Source: Basidiobolus meristosporus CBS 931.73 (taxonomy: Eukaryota; Fungi; Basidiobolomycota). Taken from it: a DNA stretch of 36,465 nt. The position numbers were made by a program, and so were the translations under genes. The notes under the pieces are model-generated. The model was not told where the DNA came from. It did no database searches and saw only the letters and a list, made by a program, of their open reading frames with translations. Positions within the stretch are counted from its first letter, which is position 1. Every line of letters begins with the position of its first letter. Below are positions 35,815 through 36,465 of this stretch, piece after piece. The stretch spans positions 1-36,465 of the forward strand of contig MCFE01000785.1 of NCBI GenBank assembly GCA_002104905.1. Reading direction: 5' to 3'.

Positions 35815-36465
35815 ATATGACTTACTCATCTGAATGGTCTTTTCTCATCAATCCCATCACTACCACTGGATTTCCTTTTGACACACTAGAGGAGATCTAT
35901 TCCAAGTACTGTGGACCATCAACCCCAATCTACTCAAGGAGATCCCTTGTTAAGCTTCTCTGCTATTACAAGAACTATTGCCCTACAAGGTTTCATCTCA
36001 CCATCCATGGCAACAAAAGTCCTAGAATCTTTCATTCCCAGCTGACAGCAATGGAGAACCACCTTGCAGAGGGTATGAATGACTTAGAGCAAGCTTGGAA
36101 TACTAGGTTCAGAAGCTCCAATAGACTTCCATATCCCAGAGTGTTCAGCAACAGGTTCCATATCAGGAGTATTTTGGATACCTTCCCAGTGAGGATTAAC
36201 AGACCTTCTAGAGGGCAGAGGCACTTTTATTCTGGCAAGTACAAGGCACACTGTGTGAAGTTTCAAGCACTGTCTGACATTGAGGGTAACATCATCTGGT
36301 TTAGTGGGCCATTTGCTGGAAGTAGGCATGACAAAGCAATCTGGGTAGAGAATCATCCTGAATTCAGTAGAGGGGAGAAATGTATGGCAGACTTAGCCTA
36401 TATAGGGAGAGGATTGTCAGAGATTAGGATGTATTACAGCTTATAGGAAGCCAAGGAATGGTGTG
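35815..36465 (+). pseudogene. DDE transposase of H2, frameshifted by one extra G at ~36405-36407
   Basis: Nearly identical to the H1 protein up to ADLAYIG. TATAGGGAGAGG versus TATAGGAGAGG in H1. Confidence 0.88.

Larger units (their letters stand above)
33483..36465 (+). mobile_element. PHIS element H2, inverted relative to H1, runs off the window
   Basis: AAT|AGACTTGTTCCATTG terminus; close reverse-complement match to H1. Confidence 0.92.

Noticed and set aside
1613-36356. The many 60-140-aa ORFs antisense or off-frame to element genes (e.g. 1613..1942, 9062..9466, 30022..30294, 36084..36356)
   Set aside because: They are shadows of transposon coding sequence and recur only because the underlying repeats recur.
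1-36465. Classical ascomycete RIP (CpA to TpA)
   Set aside because: The changes I traced are at CpG in several contexts (TCG, CCG, GCG), and CA/TG dinucleotides are abundant. A formal RIP index was not computed.
1-36465. CRISPR array, rRNA or host protein-coding genes
   Set aside because: No regularly spaced short repeats and no RNA-gene signatures were seen. Every long ORF maps to a transposon.

Overview
A gene-free, eukaryotic (probably fungal) transposon cluster. I found no host gene, rRNA, tRNA or CRISPR array. Four element types are nested inside each other. (1) Two decayed Ty3/gypsy LTR retrotransposon loci with a 368-bp LTR (1-3604, scrambled; 5969-10447, nearly complete). (2) Five copies of a CACTA/En-Spm (CMC)-like DNA transposon family with CCCTATGAA...TTCATAGGG termini. 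It carries a TnpD-like transposase plus a divergently transcribed ~750-codon gene I do not recognise (ORF-X). The copies repeatedly insert into each other. (3) A compact ~3.4-kb PIF/Harbinger-related (PHIS) two-gene element with 15-bp TIRs and ATT/AAT flanks. It carries a DDE transposase (intact in copy H1) and a divergent ~416-codon partner gene of unknown family. There are two young inverted copies (29514-32910 and 33483-end), an old remnant (18946-19164), and a partner-gene copy embedded inside a CACTA-like element (12913-14460). (4) A Ty1/copia RNase H tail. Older copies have lost nearly all CpG, and most disabling changes trace to CpG deamination. Boundaries and identities come from manual alignment of the copies in this window, so they are approximate unless a motif is quoted.
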